The notes beneath the pieces are model-generated. The model was not told the origin of the DNA. It saw nothing but the letters and a program-made list of their open reading frames with translations, and searched no databases. DNA of 47,404 bases from Eubacteriales bacterium (GTDB taxonomy: Bacteria > Bacillota > Clostridia > Oscillospirales > CAG-272). The position numbers and the translations under genes are program-made. This document shows, piece by piece, positions 1 through 9,132 of the stretch; position 1 is the stretch's first letter; the number at the start of each line of letters is the position of its first letter. The stretch spans positions 1 to 47,404 of the forward strand of contig JAZQVZ010000053.1 in NCBI GenBank assembly GCA_045632105.1. The letters are read 5' to 3'.

Positions 1-1
1 T

Positions 2-484
2 ATCAAAGCATCGAAAGAGCTTAACGCTCTTGGCAGCGACGACGTAGAATTTCTCATCTCCGCAAACCCCGGAGAGCCACTTATGCCTATGGCGCGTATT
101 GCCTCGGGTGGAGAGCTTGCAAGAATAATGCTTTCGCTCAAGAACGTTATAAATATCAGTGACGGAATCGACACGGTTATCTTCGACGAGATAGACACGG
201 GAATTTCGGGCAAGACCTCGAGAAAGGTTGGAATAAAGCTCAAGGAGATAGGCAACGGCGCACAGGTAATATGTGTTACCCACTCGGCGCAGATAGCTTC
301 CTTGGCGCACAGCCACCTATACGTTTCCAAGCAGGAGCGCGAGGGCAGGACCGAAAGCGCAATCTCAATGCTTACCGAGGCTCAGCGTGTGGGTGAGATA
401 GCGAGAATTCTTGGCGGAATAGAGATAACCGATGCCCAGATAGCGGCGGCTGAGGAAATGATAGCTGACGGCAAAAATTACTGA
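2..484 (+). CDS. recN: DNA repair protein RecN, C-terminal part (5' end lies outside the window)
   Basis: Frame 2 is open from the window edge. The translation reads ...FLISANPGEPLMPMARIASGGELARIMLSLK...FDEIDTGISG...VICVTHSAQIA. This is the SMC/RecN signature, Walker B and D-loop region. Stop at 482-484. Confidence 0.9.
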   Translation: MKASKELNALGSDDVEFLISANPGEPLMPMARIASGGELARIMLSLKNVINISDGIDTVIFDEIDTGISGKTSRKVGIKLKEIGNGAQVICVTHSAQIASLAHSHLYVSKQEREGRTESAISMLTEAQRVGEIARILGGIEITDAQIAAAEEMIADGKNY

Positions 485-502
485 TAACTTTTGAGTTGAT
501 AC

Positions 503-531
503 TTGAAAATAATCGACTTTTGTAGTATAAT
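503..531 (+). promoter_or_regulatory. Sigma-A type promoter upstream of argS (TTGAAA-17 nt-TATAAT)
   Basis: TTGAAA at 503-508, a 17-nt spacer, and TATAAT at 526-531. AGGAG RBS at about 551-555 and ATG at 565. The leader is only about 27 nt, so there is no room for a T-box. Confidence 0.5.
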
Positions 532-564
532 TATAAAGTTGTAAAATAAAGAGGAGTAAAATCT

Positions 565-2277
565 ATGATAGCTATTAAGAAGATGATCTCAAACGAGATC
601 GCAGACATACTTATAAAGCTTAACGCTGACTGCCAGATAGATGCAGAGGCTGTTGAAGCTATGCTTGAATATCCCCCCGACGAAAAGATGGGCGACCTTG
701 CTCTTCCTTGCTTTAAGCTGAGCAGAACTCTTAGAATGGCTCCCGTTAAGATAGCTGCAAGTATAGCAGAGAGCTTCTCGGTTCCCGCAGTGGCAAAGGC
801 AGAGGCGGTAAACGGATATTTCAATCTTTACCTTGACGGAAAGTACCTTGCGGACAAGGTGGTCGGAGAGGTAAATGCAAAGGGTGAAAAGTACGGCGCG
901 CCCGCAGAGATGGGCGAGGGCAAGACGGTAGTTCTTGACTATTCATCTCCCAACGTGGCAAAGCCCTTCCATATAGGACATCTTGGAACTACGGTAATTG
1001 GACACTCGCTTAAGCGTCTGCACGAGTTTGCAGGATATAAGTGCGTGGGTATCAACTACCTTGGTGACTGGGGAACCCAGTTTGGTAAGCTCATTACCGC
1101 TTATCGTATGTGGGGCAACGCTTCTCTCATCGAGGAGGGCGGAATAGATAAGCTGGTTGAGCTTTACGTTAAGTATCACGAGGAGGCTGAAAAGGATCCC
1201 TCTCTCAACGATACCGCAAGAGCAGAGTTCCACAAGCTTGAGAACGGCGACGAGGAGAACATCAAGCTTTGGCGTTGGTTTGTTGATATAAGCCTTGCAG
1301 AGTACCAGAAGACCTACGGTCAGCTCGGCATAGAATTTGACAGCTACAAGGGTGAGTCCTTCTATACCGACAAGATGCCCGCTCAGGTGCAGAAGCTCCG
1401 CGATATGGGGCTTCTTAAGATCGACGACGGCGCGTCCATCGTAGATCTCGAGCCCTACGGAATGACACCCTGCCTTATCCTTAAGCGTGACGGCTCCACC
1501 CTTTATCCCACAAGAGATATCGCGGCTGCCGTATACCGTAAGGAGACCTACGATTTCGATAAGATGATCTACGTTACCAGCGCAGGTCAGAGCCTCCACT
1601 TTGCACAGTGGTTCAAGGTTGTTGAGCTTATGGGCTACGAGTGGTTCGACAAGCTGGTTCACGTTCCTTACGGAACCGTAAGCATCAACGGTGAAAAGCT
1701 TGCTACCAGAACGGGTAACGTAATCCTGCTTCGCGATCTGTTTGCACAGGCTATCGCAAAGGTAGAAAGCATCATGGAGGAGAAGAACCCCGATCTTCCC
1801 AACAGAGATAAGGTTTCCGAGGCTGTTGGCGTTGGCGCGATCGTGTTCTACTATCTTTCCAACAACAGAATCCGCGACATCAACTTTATGATGGAGGATG
1901 CGCTCAGCTTCGAGGGAAATACAGGTCCCTACGTTCAGTACACCTATGCTCGTACCTGCTCGGTACTTGCTAAATCCCAGCTTGCAGATAACGTTGAGCT
2001 TACTATAAGCGCAGAGGAGGAGGTATCTCTCCTTAAGACCCTTTCTCGCTTCGAGGAGGTAGTAAGAGATGCTATCGCGGCTTACGAGCCCTCTATCGTA
2101 ACGAGATATATTCTCGACGTTGCAGGTGCATACAACAGATTTTATCATAACTGCTCTATTCTCGGCGCAGAGAATGAGAGCGTAAAGAATACCAGACTTG
2201 CGCTTACCAAGGCGGCTAATACGGTTCTCGGTAACGCATTCGGTCTTATTTGCCTTGCAAAGACCGAAAAAATATAA
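565..2277 (+). CDS. argS: Arginine--tRNA ligase (class I aaRS)
   Basis: 570-aa ORF with the HIGH-type motif PFHIGHLGTTVIGH. Overall ArgS layout, including the C-terminal anticodon-binding region ...VTRYILDVAGAYNRFYH. ATG with an upstream AGGAG. Confidence 0.95.
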   Translation: MIAIKKMISNEIADILIKLNADCQIDAEAVEAMLEYPPDEKMGDLALPCFKLSRTLRMAPVKIAASIAESFSVPAVAKAEAVNGYFNLYLDGKYLADKVVGEVNAKGEKYGAPAEMGEGKTVVLDYSSPNVAKPFHIGHLGTTVIGHSLKRLHEFAGYKCVGINYLGDWGTQFGKLITAYRMWGNASLIEEGGIDKLVELYVKYHEEAEKDPSLNDTARAEFHKLENGDEENIKLWRWFVDISLAEYQKTYGQLGIEFDSYKGESFYTDKMPAQVQKLRDMGLLKIDDGASIVDLEPYGMTPCLILKRDGSTLYPTRDIAAAVYRKETYDFDKMIYVTSAGQSLHFAQWFKVVELMGYEWFDKLVHVPYGTVSINGEKLATRTGNVILLRDLFAQAIAKVESIMEEKNPDLPNRDKVSEAVGVGAIVFYYLSNNRIRDINFMMEDALSFEGNTGPYVQYTYARTCSVLAKSQLADNVELTISAEEEVSLLKTLSRFEEVVRDAIAAYEPSIVTRYILDVAGAYNRFYHNCSILGAENESVKNTRLALTKAANTVLGNAFGLICLAKTEKI

Positions 2278-2301
2278 TTCAAGATAGAGAGGTAAACAGA
2301 A

Positions 2302-3021
2302 ATGTCCGGACATAGTAAGTGGGCTAACATTAAGCATAAGAAGGAAAAGACCGACGCTCAGAAGGCGAAGGTATTTACTAAGATAGGCAAGGAGATCACT
2401 ATTGCAGTTAAGGAGGGGGGCGGAGATCCTGCATCCAACTCCAAGCTTCGTGACCTTATCCTCAAGGCAAAATCCAACAACGTACCTAACGATAACATTG
2501 AAAGAACCATTAAGAAGGCTCTTGGTGGAACCAGCGAGAGCTACGAAGAGGTAGTTTACGAGGGATACGGTCCTGCAGGAATTGCAGTTATCGTTGAGGC
2601 TACTACCGATAACCGTAACCGTACCGCAGGTAACGTAAGATCCTATTTCTCCAAGTACCACGGAAACATGGGTCAGACCGGTTGCGTATCCTATCTCTTT
2701 ACAGAGAAGGGCGTTATCGTTATCTCTAACGAGGATGGCGATATCGACGAGGATAAGCTTATGGAGACCGCACTCGAGGCGGGAGCAGAGGATTTCGCAT
2801 CCGAGGGAGAGGCATTTGAGATCTACACCGAGCCCGACGACCTTTACGCTGTAAAGGAAGCGCTTGAGGGCGCAGGATATGCTATCCTTTCCGCAGAGAA
2901 GGATAAGATCCCCTCTAACTACGTAACTCTTGAGAGCGATGACGATATTAAGTTCATGGGCTTGCTTATAGAGCATCTTGAGGATGATGATGACGTTATG
3001 AACGTGTATCATAACTGGTAA
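2302..3021 (+). CDS. yebC: YebC/PmpR family DNA-binding transcriptional regulator
   Basis: 239 aa. The N-terminus MSGHSKWANIKHKKEKTDAQKAKVFTK is the family hallmark. Confidence 0.93.
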   Translation: MSGHSKWANIKHKKEKTDAQKAKVFTKIGKEITIAVKEGGGDPASNSKLRDLILKAKSNNVPNDNIERTIKKALGGTSESYEEVVYEGYGPAGIAVIVEATTDNRNRTAGNVRSYFSKYHGNMGQTGCVSYLFTEKGVIVISNEDGDIDEDKLMETALEAGAEDFASEGEAFEIYTEPDDLYAVKEALEGAGYAILSAEKDKIPSNYVTLESDDDIKFMGLLIEHLEDDDDVMNVYHNW

Positions 3022-3036
3022 AACTGCGATTGATCT

Positions 3037-4440
3037 ATGGGCAAGTATAAGAGATTACTGTCTAATACGGCAATTTTGGGAGCAGGTACCTTTACATCAA
3101 AGGTACTTGTTTTCCTACTTATGCCACTTTATACAGCTCTTCTTTCCACCGAACAGTTCGGAATTGCCGATATACTGATGCAGACGGCAAATCTGCTGAT
3201 CCCCGTCGCCTGTCTTGGACTTGGTGATGGATTGTTCAGATTTGCGCTTGATACAAGCAGGGAAAAGCGTAAGCAGGTATTCAGCAGCGCGTTTTTTGTG
3301 ATAGTTATCGGAATGCTTCCGTTAGCTCTGCTCATACAGGCGTTTAACTTTATTAGCATTTATAACGGTTACGTCTGGCTGGTGTTTGCATACGTTTGCT
3401 CGGCAAATCTGCACACTGTCTGCGCTAACTATATCAGAGCCTGTGATAAGACGAAGACCTTTGCGCTGCAGGGAATTGCCAACACCGCGCTTACTATCAT
3501 TCTTAACGTGGTATTTCTTGTGGTCTTTGACCTCGGAGTGCTTGGATACGTTCTGTCGGTGGTATTGGCGGATTTTCTTGTCACCGTGGTCATCTTCATT
3601 GCTTGCCGTCTTTATCGAGATCTTGATATAAGAGTTCCTAAGAAGGATCTGCTTAAGGATATGCTTAAATTCAGTATACCCTATATCCCGACTACGATGA
3701 TGTGGCTTATCACCTCATCGTCGGACAGATTTATTCTGACTGCTTTTGCGGGAGCATCGGAGAACGGTCTTTATGCGGCGGCGTATAAGCTTCCTACGCT
3801 TATTTCCTTGGCAGGAGGCGTGTTTATCGAGGCGTGGCATTTCTCGTCTGTAAACGATGCAAAGCCCGAGGAGAGAAAGAGCTTCTTTGGCGGAGTGTAT
3901 AAGAATTATACGGGTATTATGTTTATCGGTACCTCGTTTATAATTTTGTTTGCCAAGGTGCTTTCGGCACTTTTGCTTGACGAGGCGTATTATTCCTCTT
4001 GGAAATACGTCCCCGTATTAAGCGTTGCCATGCTGTTTTCGGCATTTTCTGCGTTTATGGGAAGCGTGTATTTTCTTGAGAAGAGAAGCACTCGTTCGAT
4101 GATAACGGCGGCAGTAGGCGCGCTTACAAATATAGTGTTCAATCTTTTGCTTATACCCACACAGGGAGCAATGGGCGCGGCTGTGGCAACGGTCATCAGC
4201 TATATGGTGGTATTCGTTATAAGAGCGGTCGATACGGGAAAATACCTGAAATTTGATCTCTGCATACCCAGAGTAGCAGTAAACACCGCTGTTATAATAA
4301 TTCAAACCATTTTGATGATATTTGAAGTGCCTTACTGGATATTCTGGCAACTTGGAATAGTCGGATTTATAGCTGCTTTCAACGGTCGAGAGATAGCGAT
4401 GACGGCAAAAGAGCTTGTTTGCAATTTTCTTAAAAAATAA
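3037..4440 (+). CDS. MOP-superfamily polysaccharide/oligosaccharide flippase (Wzx/SpoVB-like), polytopic membrane protein
   Basis: 467 aa with about 12-14 hydrophobic segments. The N-terminal motif LLSNTAILGAGTFTSKVLVFLLMPLYT is typical of polysaccharide-biosynthesis flippases. Confidence 0.75.
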   Translation: MGKYKRLLSNTAILGAGTFTSKVLVFLLMPLYTALLSTEQFGIADILMQTANLLIPVACLGLGDGLFRFALDTSREKRKQVFSSAFFVIVIGMLPLALLIQAFNFISIYNGYVWLVFAYVCSANLHTVCANYIRACDKTKTFALQGIANTALTIILNVVFLVVFDLGVLGYVLSVVLADFLVTVVIFIACRLYRDLDIRVPKKDLLKDMLKFSIPYIPTTMMWLITSSSDRFILTAFAGASENGLYAAAYKLPTLISLAGGVFIEAWHFSSVNDAKPEERKSFFGGVYKNYTGIMFIGTSFIILFAKVLSALLLDEAYYSSWKYVPVLSVAMLFSAFSAFMGSVYFLEKRSTRSMITAAVGALTNIVFNLLLIPTQGAMGAAVATVISYMVVFVIRAVDTGKYLKFDLCIPRVAVNTAVIIIQTILMIFEVPYWIFWQLGIVGFIAAFNGREIAMTAKELVCNFLKK

Positions 4441-4463
4441 ATAAAATATTTTTCAAAAAAGTA

Positions 4464-4492
4464 TTGCATTTATAAAACAAATATGTTATAAT
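4464..4492 (+). promoter_or_regulatory. Near-consensus sigma-A promoter with extended -10, upstream of rplS
   Basis: TTGCAT at 4464-4469, a 17-nt spacer, and TGtTATAAT at 4484-4492. Confidence 0.65.
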
Positions 4493-4498
4493 ATGACG

Positions 4499-4579
4499 AA
4501 TGTGCGAAAAACACAAGTAAAAGGGTAGTCCGCTGCGCAGCTCTGCATGAATACCCGGATTTTTAAGGAGGACTGAAAG
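4499..4579 (+). promoter_or_regulatory. Structured 5' leader of rplS (candidate ribosomal-protein autoregulatory leader)
   Basis: About 80-nt UTR. GGGTA (4523-4527) pairs with TACCC (4552-4556), enclosing the GCTGCGCAGC palindrome. The leader ends at the AAGGAGG RBS. The structure was judged by eye only. Confidence 0.3.
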
Positions 4580-4930
4580 ATGAACAACTTGCTTCAGGCT
4601 TTTACAAACGAGCAACTTAAGACCGAGATTCCCGTAGTTAATGTGGGTGACACTATCCGCATTCACAACAGAATCAAGGAAGGCAACCGTGAGAGAATCC
4701 AGCTCTTCGAGGGCACCGTTATTGCTAAGCACGGCGGCGGAATCTCCGAGACATTCACTGTAAGACGCGTTTCTTACGGCTGTGGTGTTGAAAAGACCTT
4801 CCCGATCCACTCTCCTAACGTAGTTAAGGTTGACGTGGTTCGTTCCGGTAGCGTTAGAAGAGCAAAGCTCTACTATCTGCGCGACAGAGTTGGTAAGGCA
4901 TCTAAGGTTAAGGAAAAGATCGAAAAGTAA
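4580..4930 (+). CDS. rplS: 50S ribosomal protein L19
   Basis: 116 aa. The sequence ...[58 protein letters not shown]... is canonical bL19. Confidence 0.97.
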   Translation: MNNLLQAFTNEQLKTEIPVVNVGDTIRIHNRIKEGNRERIQLFEGTVIAKHGGGISETFTVRRVSYGCGVEKTFPIHSPNVVKVDVVRSGSVRRAKLYYLRDRVGKASKVKEKIEK

Positions 4931-4951
4931 TTTTTCTAACCAAAGAAATAC

Positions 4952-4987
4952 AAAACGGACATCTTTGGGATGTCCGTTTTGTGTTTT
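4952..4987 (+). terminator. Rho-independent terminator after rplS
   Basis: AAAACGGACATC (4952-4963), loop TTTGG, GATGTCCGTTTT (4969-4980), followed by GTGTTTT. Confidence 0.8.
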
Positions 4988-5010
4988 AATACCCCAGAAG
5001 GAGAACTTTA

Positions 5011-6288
5011 ATGAAAAAGACTATTAGATACATAGCGTTACTTTTGATAATAGTAATAACTTTGTCTTTTGCTTCTTGCGGAAGGCTCTCGTTGACCGAA
5101 ATGTTAGACACATTGCAAAACGGAATGAATATAGAATTAGATATAGCCCCCGAGACTCTTCCTGAGAATACAGAGGAGGAGCGTCCCTCTGAAACGATCG
5201 ACGTGTCCGACGTGCTTGACTCTATGGATACAAATTTTGGTGACGGAGGGCATATAACCGATATAGCAAAGGCGGCAACTAACGGACTTCGTAGTGCAGT
5301 CAGTGTTTATGCAGGCTTTGGATCGGGATTTTCTGTTAGCAGCGCGGCAGGATCGGGTGTAATATATCAGCTTGATGCCGAAAAGGGAAATGCTTTTATA
5401 ATTACTAATTATCACGTTATTTATAATGAAGAGGTAAGCAATCACATAGAGGTATATCTCTTTGGAAGAGAGAGTGGAGATTACGCTATCCCCGCAACCT
5501 TTGTCGGTGGTTCTCCCAACTATGACATAGCAGTTCTTTTCGTTCAGGAAAGCGAGGTTCTTAAGGCCGCAGTGGCAGACGGTACGGCAAAGGCAGTAAC
5601 CATTTCCAATTCCGACACGATAGTAGCAGGACAAACAGCTATCGCGATAGGAAATCCCGAATCCTCGGGAATTTCAGTGACATCGGGTATCGTCAGCGTT
5701 GATTCTGAATATATTCAGATGAGCTCCATCAACGGAAGCGGGTCGGTAGATTTCCGTGTTGTAAGAGTAGATACGGCTGTGAATTCAGGAAATTCGGGCG
5801 GAGGACTTTTCAACGATAAGGGCGAGCTCATGGGTATCGTAAATGCTAAGATATCTAAGAGCGACGTTGAAAATATCGGATATGCAATTCCTTCAAACGT
5901 AGTTAGAGCCATTACCGATAACATAATCTATTATTGCTTTGGAAAAAGCGGTAAGACGGTTATGAGAGCAATTCTTGGTCTTACGGTTACCGTGGGAGAG
6001 CTTTATTCGGTATATGACGAGGAAACGGGAATAATCAAGCAGGCAGAGAAGGTTGTTGCTATGGAAACGACCGCAGGTGCGTTGGCTTATGGGGTGTTCA
6101 AGCCCGACGACGTTATCAAGAGTATAACGATCGGAGAGAAAACGGTAGCCGTTACCCGCAGACACCATTTGATAGATACAATGCTTGATGCTCGCGTAGG
6201 CGATACGGTATTCTTTAAGATAATAAGAGATGGCGTTGAAAAGACGGTTAACGTAACTATTACAGAGAGCTGTCTTACCGAATATTAA
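5011..6288 (+). CDS. S1C (HtrA/DegP-like) trypsin-type serine protease lipoprotein with C-terminal PDZ-like domain
   Basis: Signal peptide with lipobox LSFASC. Catalytic-triad context: ITNYHVI, YDIAVLF, NSGNSGGGLFN. The C-terminal ...DDVIKSITIGEKTV...GDTVFFKIIRDG segment is PDZ-like. Confidence 0.85.
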   Translation: MKKTIRYIALLLIIVITLSFASCGRLSLTEMLDTLQNGMNIELDIAPETLPENTEEERPSETIDVSDVLDSMDTNFGDGGHITDIAKAATNGLRSAVSVYAGFGSGFSVSSAAGSGVIYQLDAEKGNAFIITNYHVIYNEEVSNHIEVYLFGRESGDYAIPATFVGGSPNYDIAVLFVQESEVLKAAVADGTAKAVTISNSDTIVAGQTAIAIGNPESSGISVTSGIVSVDSEYIQMSSINGSGSVDFRVVRVDTAVNSGNSGGGLFNDKGELMGIVNAKISKSDVENIGYAIPSNVVRAITDNIIYYCFGKSGKTVMRAILGLTVTVGELYSVYDEETGIIKQAEKVVAMETTAGALAYGVFKPDDVIKSITIGEKTVAVTRRHHLIDTMLDARVGDTVFFKIIRDGVEKTVNVTITESCLTEY

Positions 6289-6291
6289 AAC

Positions 6292-6321
6292 AAAAAGCTT
6301 CGCTTTAAGCGAAGCTTTTTT
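6292..6321. terminator. Bidirectional hairpin terminator between convergent genes
   Basis: AAAAAGCTTCGC, loop TTTAA, GCGAAGCTTTTT. It has an A-run on one side and a T-run on the other. It overlaps the stop codon of the minus-strand gene. Confidence 0.8.
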
Positions 6322-6844
6322 ATATTCCGTAGGCGCCTGTTAAAGGGTCCTTGAAAACTCCCAGCTTGGGGGTGATAAAGGTGAATATTATAAAGAGAAG
6401 GGCTATTGCGGAGAGCATAAATATTGATATTTTAGGGTTGTTGCAGGGTGTTGATTGGTTGTTGAATTGTCTGGTTTCGTATATATACGCTATTGCCGCC
6501 GAAATAAAGAAGATCGTAATATTCATCCAATCGGGAGATTTACCAAATACGCCGTTATAGGTGTAGAAAAGTACAGGTATAAGCACAAGCCCCAAAAGAA
6601 TTCCGCGAAGCTTTACGCACCAAAAATCCTTTTTTTCACGGAAGAAAAAGCTCTCTACAATAGCAAAGATAAACATAGGCCAGAAGAGAAGCTTCATGTG
6701 CTCCCAGGTTGATTCGTTTACTCCCGAAAGTGGAGCGATCCATACCGCCTCGCCGAGCCACTCGTATAAAAAATGCAGCAGAGTTCCGCCAAGCGACGTA
6801 ACGGCAAAGCCCATCAGCTGCCAAAGTCCCAATGATCGTTTCAT
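6320..6844 (-). CDS. Small polytopic membrane protein of unknown function (DUF6512-like)
   Basis: About 5 hydrophobic helices and the motif GVNESTWEHMKLLFWP. The ORF-track start at 6883 is a TTG. The ATG at 6844 (MKRSLG...) has a GAGGTG RBS 5 nt upstream, so I prefer it. Confidence 0.65.
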   Translation of the reverse strand: MKRSLGLWQLMGFAVTSLGGTLLHFLYEWLGEAVWIAPLSGVNESTWEHMKLLFWPMFIFAIVESFFFREKKDFWCVKLRGILLGLVLIPVLFYTYNGVFGKSPDWMNITIFFISAAIAYIYETRQFNNQSTPCNNPKISIFMLSAIALLFIIFTFITPKLGVFKDPLTGAYGI

Positions 6845-6995
6845 AACACACCTCGAATATTTTTTCAAATAAAGTTTATTCAAAAGTGCGACGTGATATA
6901 CGTAGAGTCGATTATAACTTATTTTTATATTTTAACACAAAGAGGAACATTTCACAGGGATAATTTGAAAATGTGTATGCGGTTACAATTAAAAC

Positions 6996-7030
6996 ACCCG
7001 ATAAGATAAGCATCTCATCGGGTATTTTTT
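6996..7030 (-). terminator. Hairpin terminator downstream of the DUF11 gene
   Basis: ACCCGAT (6996-7002) pairs with ATCGGGT (7017-7023). A- and T-runs flank it on both sides. Confidence 0.6.
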
Positions 7031-7035
7031 GAGAT

Positions 7036-7797
7036 TTATACCGTTCCTGTTACTGTAAGGGTTGTAATTCCGGGGGTGACGCTGTATGCTCCGGTCACAG
7101 GATCCTGCGTGTAGGTTGCGGCGGGAACCGTTATCTGACCGGGAACTGTGGTGAAGAGACCTGTTGCTTCGTCATAGTTGTACTGAACACCTTCTGTCCA
7201 AGCAACGCCGTCAAGGCTTACTGCCAAGGCGGTGAGAATAGGATCGAAAAGGTCGCTTACAGAAGCATTGTCTGTTGCTACTACATCCTGATTTCCGGAA
7301 TTCTGGATAACAAAGGTGTAGGTTATGCGATCATTGTCAACTATTTGAGAGGGAGTTATTGATTTGGAGATGGTCAATATGGGAGCAGCGCTTGCATTTA
7401 CGGTTTCACTTGCAGTGGCAGGAGTGCTGAGTCCGTCACCTGTAACCGTAGCAGTGTTGGTTATAACTCCGCCGAGATTGGGAGAAGCGTACTGGTTTGC
7501 GCGAGCCTGATAAACAAGAACGGCATCACTTCCGCTAGGAATGTTGATCCCGCTTATGACTAAGGGAGGTCCTGCAGTTACCGCAGGAGCAGGCTGGACT
7601 ACCCCGTCGATAAACAGGGTAGCGGAGCCGTCAACATAGGTCAAGGGATAAAGAGTAGTGCCGCCAAAGGGATATCCACCGAGATCGTCTGAAACAATGA
7701 GACCGTTCAAGGCTCCGTTTCCTGTGTTGCGCATAGTAACAACGTAGGTTACGATTCCGTTGGGAGCATAGGTTCCTTCAATAGATGTTTTGCTCAC
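7036..7797 (-). CDS. DUF11/CARDB-like 'conserved repeat domain' protein; the 5' end is disrupted (see finding)
   Basis: Two repeats of the DUF11 type (TYVVTMRNTGNGALNGLIVSDDLG and TYTFVIQNSGNQDVVATDNASVSDLF). The track start at 7797 is a GTG without an RBS. The same frame stays open upstream to 7908. A well-placed ATG with an RBS at 7891 is one frame off. Confidence 0.7.
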   Translation of the reverse strand: MSKTSIEGTYAPNGIVTYVVTMRNTGNGALNGLIVSDDLGGYPFGGTTLYPLTYVDGSATLFIDGVVQPAPAVTAGPPLVISGINIPSGSDAVLVYQARANQYASPNLGGVITNTATVTGDGLSTPATASETVNASAAPILTISKSITPSQIVDNDRITYTFVIQNSGNQDVVATDNASVSDLFDPILTALAVSLDGVAWTEGVQYNYDEATGLFTTVPGQITVPAATYTQDPVTGAYSVTPGITTLTVTGTV

Positions 7798-7971
7798 TGT
7801 CAGAACGTCAAGTATCTCGCCGTATGCTATATTTGAATTTGTAGTGGTTCCGTTATAGGTTAAAGTTGCCTGATTTGAAAAAAATAGCCATAGAGTACCT
7901 CTTTGTATTCAGTTTGAGGGGGCGTCCTCTGTAAATTATATGAAGTATAGTTTCTTAGGTTGAAAAGTTTA

Positions 7972-7999
7972 TTGACTTATGATATAATAAATATATAAT
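7972..7999 (+). promoter_or_regulatory. Candidate sigma-A promoter for the AKR operon (TTGACT-16 nt-TATAAT)
   Basis: TTGACT at 7972-7977 and TATAAT at 7994-7999. GGAG RBS at 8008-8011. The implied leader is very short, which lowers confidence. Confidence 0.4.
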
Positions 8000-8018
8000 A
8001 TGATTTTGGAGATGAACT

Positions 8019-9113
8019 ATGTTTGAAAATGTAAAACGAAATTTTGGTTTTGGCTGTATGCGCTTGCCTATGATAGACGGAGAGGTCGATCACGCGACGG
8101 TTAATCTTATGGTAGATGCCTTTATTGAAGCGGGCTTTAATTATTTTGACACAGCGCACGGCTATATAGACGGTAAGAGTGAGAAGGCGGTCAAGGCGTG
8201 TCTTACTTCTCGTTATAGCAGAGATAGCTATATCCTTGCAAACAAGCTTTCCGACTGGTTTTTTGAAAAAGAGGAAGAGGTGCGACCCTTCTTCGAGCAG
8301 CAGCTTGAGATATGCGGCGTTGAGTATTTTGATTTTTATTTATTCCACGCTCTTAATCGCAATTCCTATGAAAAGCATAAGTCCTGCAACACCTTTGAGA
8401 TAGTTAAGCAATTAAAGGGAGAGGGGCGTGTAAAGCATATTGCTATGTCCTTCCACGATACTGCGGATATTCTTGATAAGATACTTACCGAGCAGCCTCA
8501 GATCGAGGTAGTACAGCTGCAGATAAACTATCTTGATTATGACGATCCGGGCGTACAAAGTAAGCTCTGCTATGACGTTGCTGTTAAGCACGGTAAGAAG
8601 GTTATTGTTATGGAGCCTGTAAAGGGCGGGGCATTGGTAAATCTTCCCGAGACTGCCGTTGCGGAGTTCAAAAAGCTTGGTGATGCGGCTCCTGTTTCTT
8701 ATGCTCTTAGATATGCGGCAAGCTTCCCTGAGGTGTTTATGGTGCTTTCGGGTATGGGCAATATGGAAATGATGCAGTCGAATATCAAGACCATGCACCC
8801 CTTTGTTCCGCTTAATGAAAAAGAGCTGGAGGCAACCGATAAGGCAAGAGATATTATTCGCAAGTATAATCAGATACCCTGTACAAAGTGTAGGTATTGC
8901 GCAGAGGTTTGTCCTAAGAACGTACCTATTGCAGATCTGTTTGCGGTATACAATGAATACGCTTTAGCCAAGGCAACGAAAAAAGACACCAGAGAGGGTC
9001 TTTTGTCCTTTGAGATCAAGGCAACCGACTGTATCGAATGTGGAATGTGCGAGGGTATCTGTCCGCAGAATATCCAGATCCGTCAAAAGCTTAAGACACT
9101 CGCAAAACTTTAA
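8019..9113 (+). CDS. Aldo/keto reductase fused to a C-terminal 2x[4Fe-4S] ferredoxin domain (COG1453-type oxidoreductase)
   Basis: The N-terminus FGFGCMRLP...FDTAHGYIDGKSE is AKR-like. The C-terminus has two CxxCxxCxxxCP motifs: CTKCRYCAEVCP and CIECGMCEGICP. Confidence 0.85.
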   Translation: MFENVKRNFGFGCMRLPMIDGEVDHATVNLMVDAFIEAGFNYFDTAHGYIDGKSEKAVKACLTSRYSRDSYILANKLSDWFFEKEEEVRPFFEQQLEICGVEYFDFYLFHALNRNSYEKHKSCNTFEIVKQLKGEGRVKHIAMSFHDTADILDKILTEQPQIEVVQLQINYLDYDDPGVQSKLCYDVAVKHGKKVIVMEPVKGGALVNLPETAVAEFKKLGDAAPVSYALRYAASFPEVFMVLSGMGNMEMMQSNIKTMHPFVPLNEKELEATDKARDIIRKYNQIPCTKCRYCAEVCPKNVPIADLFAVYNEYALAKATKKDTREGLLSFEIKATDCIECGMCEGICPQNIQIRQKLKTLAKL

Positions 9114-9132
9114 TTTGTCAGGAGAGTTTAAA

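Noticed and set aside
485-564. Looked for a T-box leader upstream of argS.
   Set aside because: The spacer is only 80 nt and the promoter leaves a leader of about 27 nt. There is no room for specifier, antiterminator and T-box elements.
943-3012. 689-aa ORF on the minus strand spanning argS and yebC.
   Set aside because: It is exactly codon-aligned antisense to two clearly identifiable genes. Its translation is low-complexity and rich in L/V/C/S. It exists only because sense codons TTA, CTA and TCA are avoided. It is a shadow ORF.
9010-9132. Upstream extension of the ECF-S-like ORF (track start 9010), and likewise 10547 for the binding protein, 14379 for the OppC-like gene, 35076 for the giant gene, 34821 for the kinase and 6883 for the small membrane protein.
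   Set aside because: The extensions overlap the preceding gene or the RBS, or use TTG or GTG without an RBS. They add non-signal-peptide residues ahead of obvious signal peptides or TM segments. Internal ATGs with proper Shine-Dalgarno spacing are preferred.
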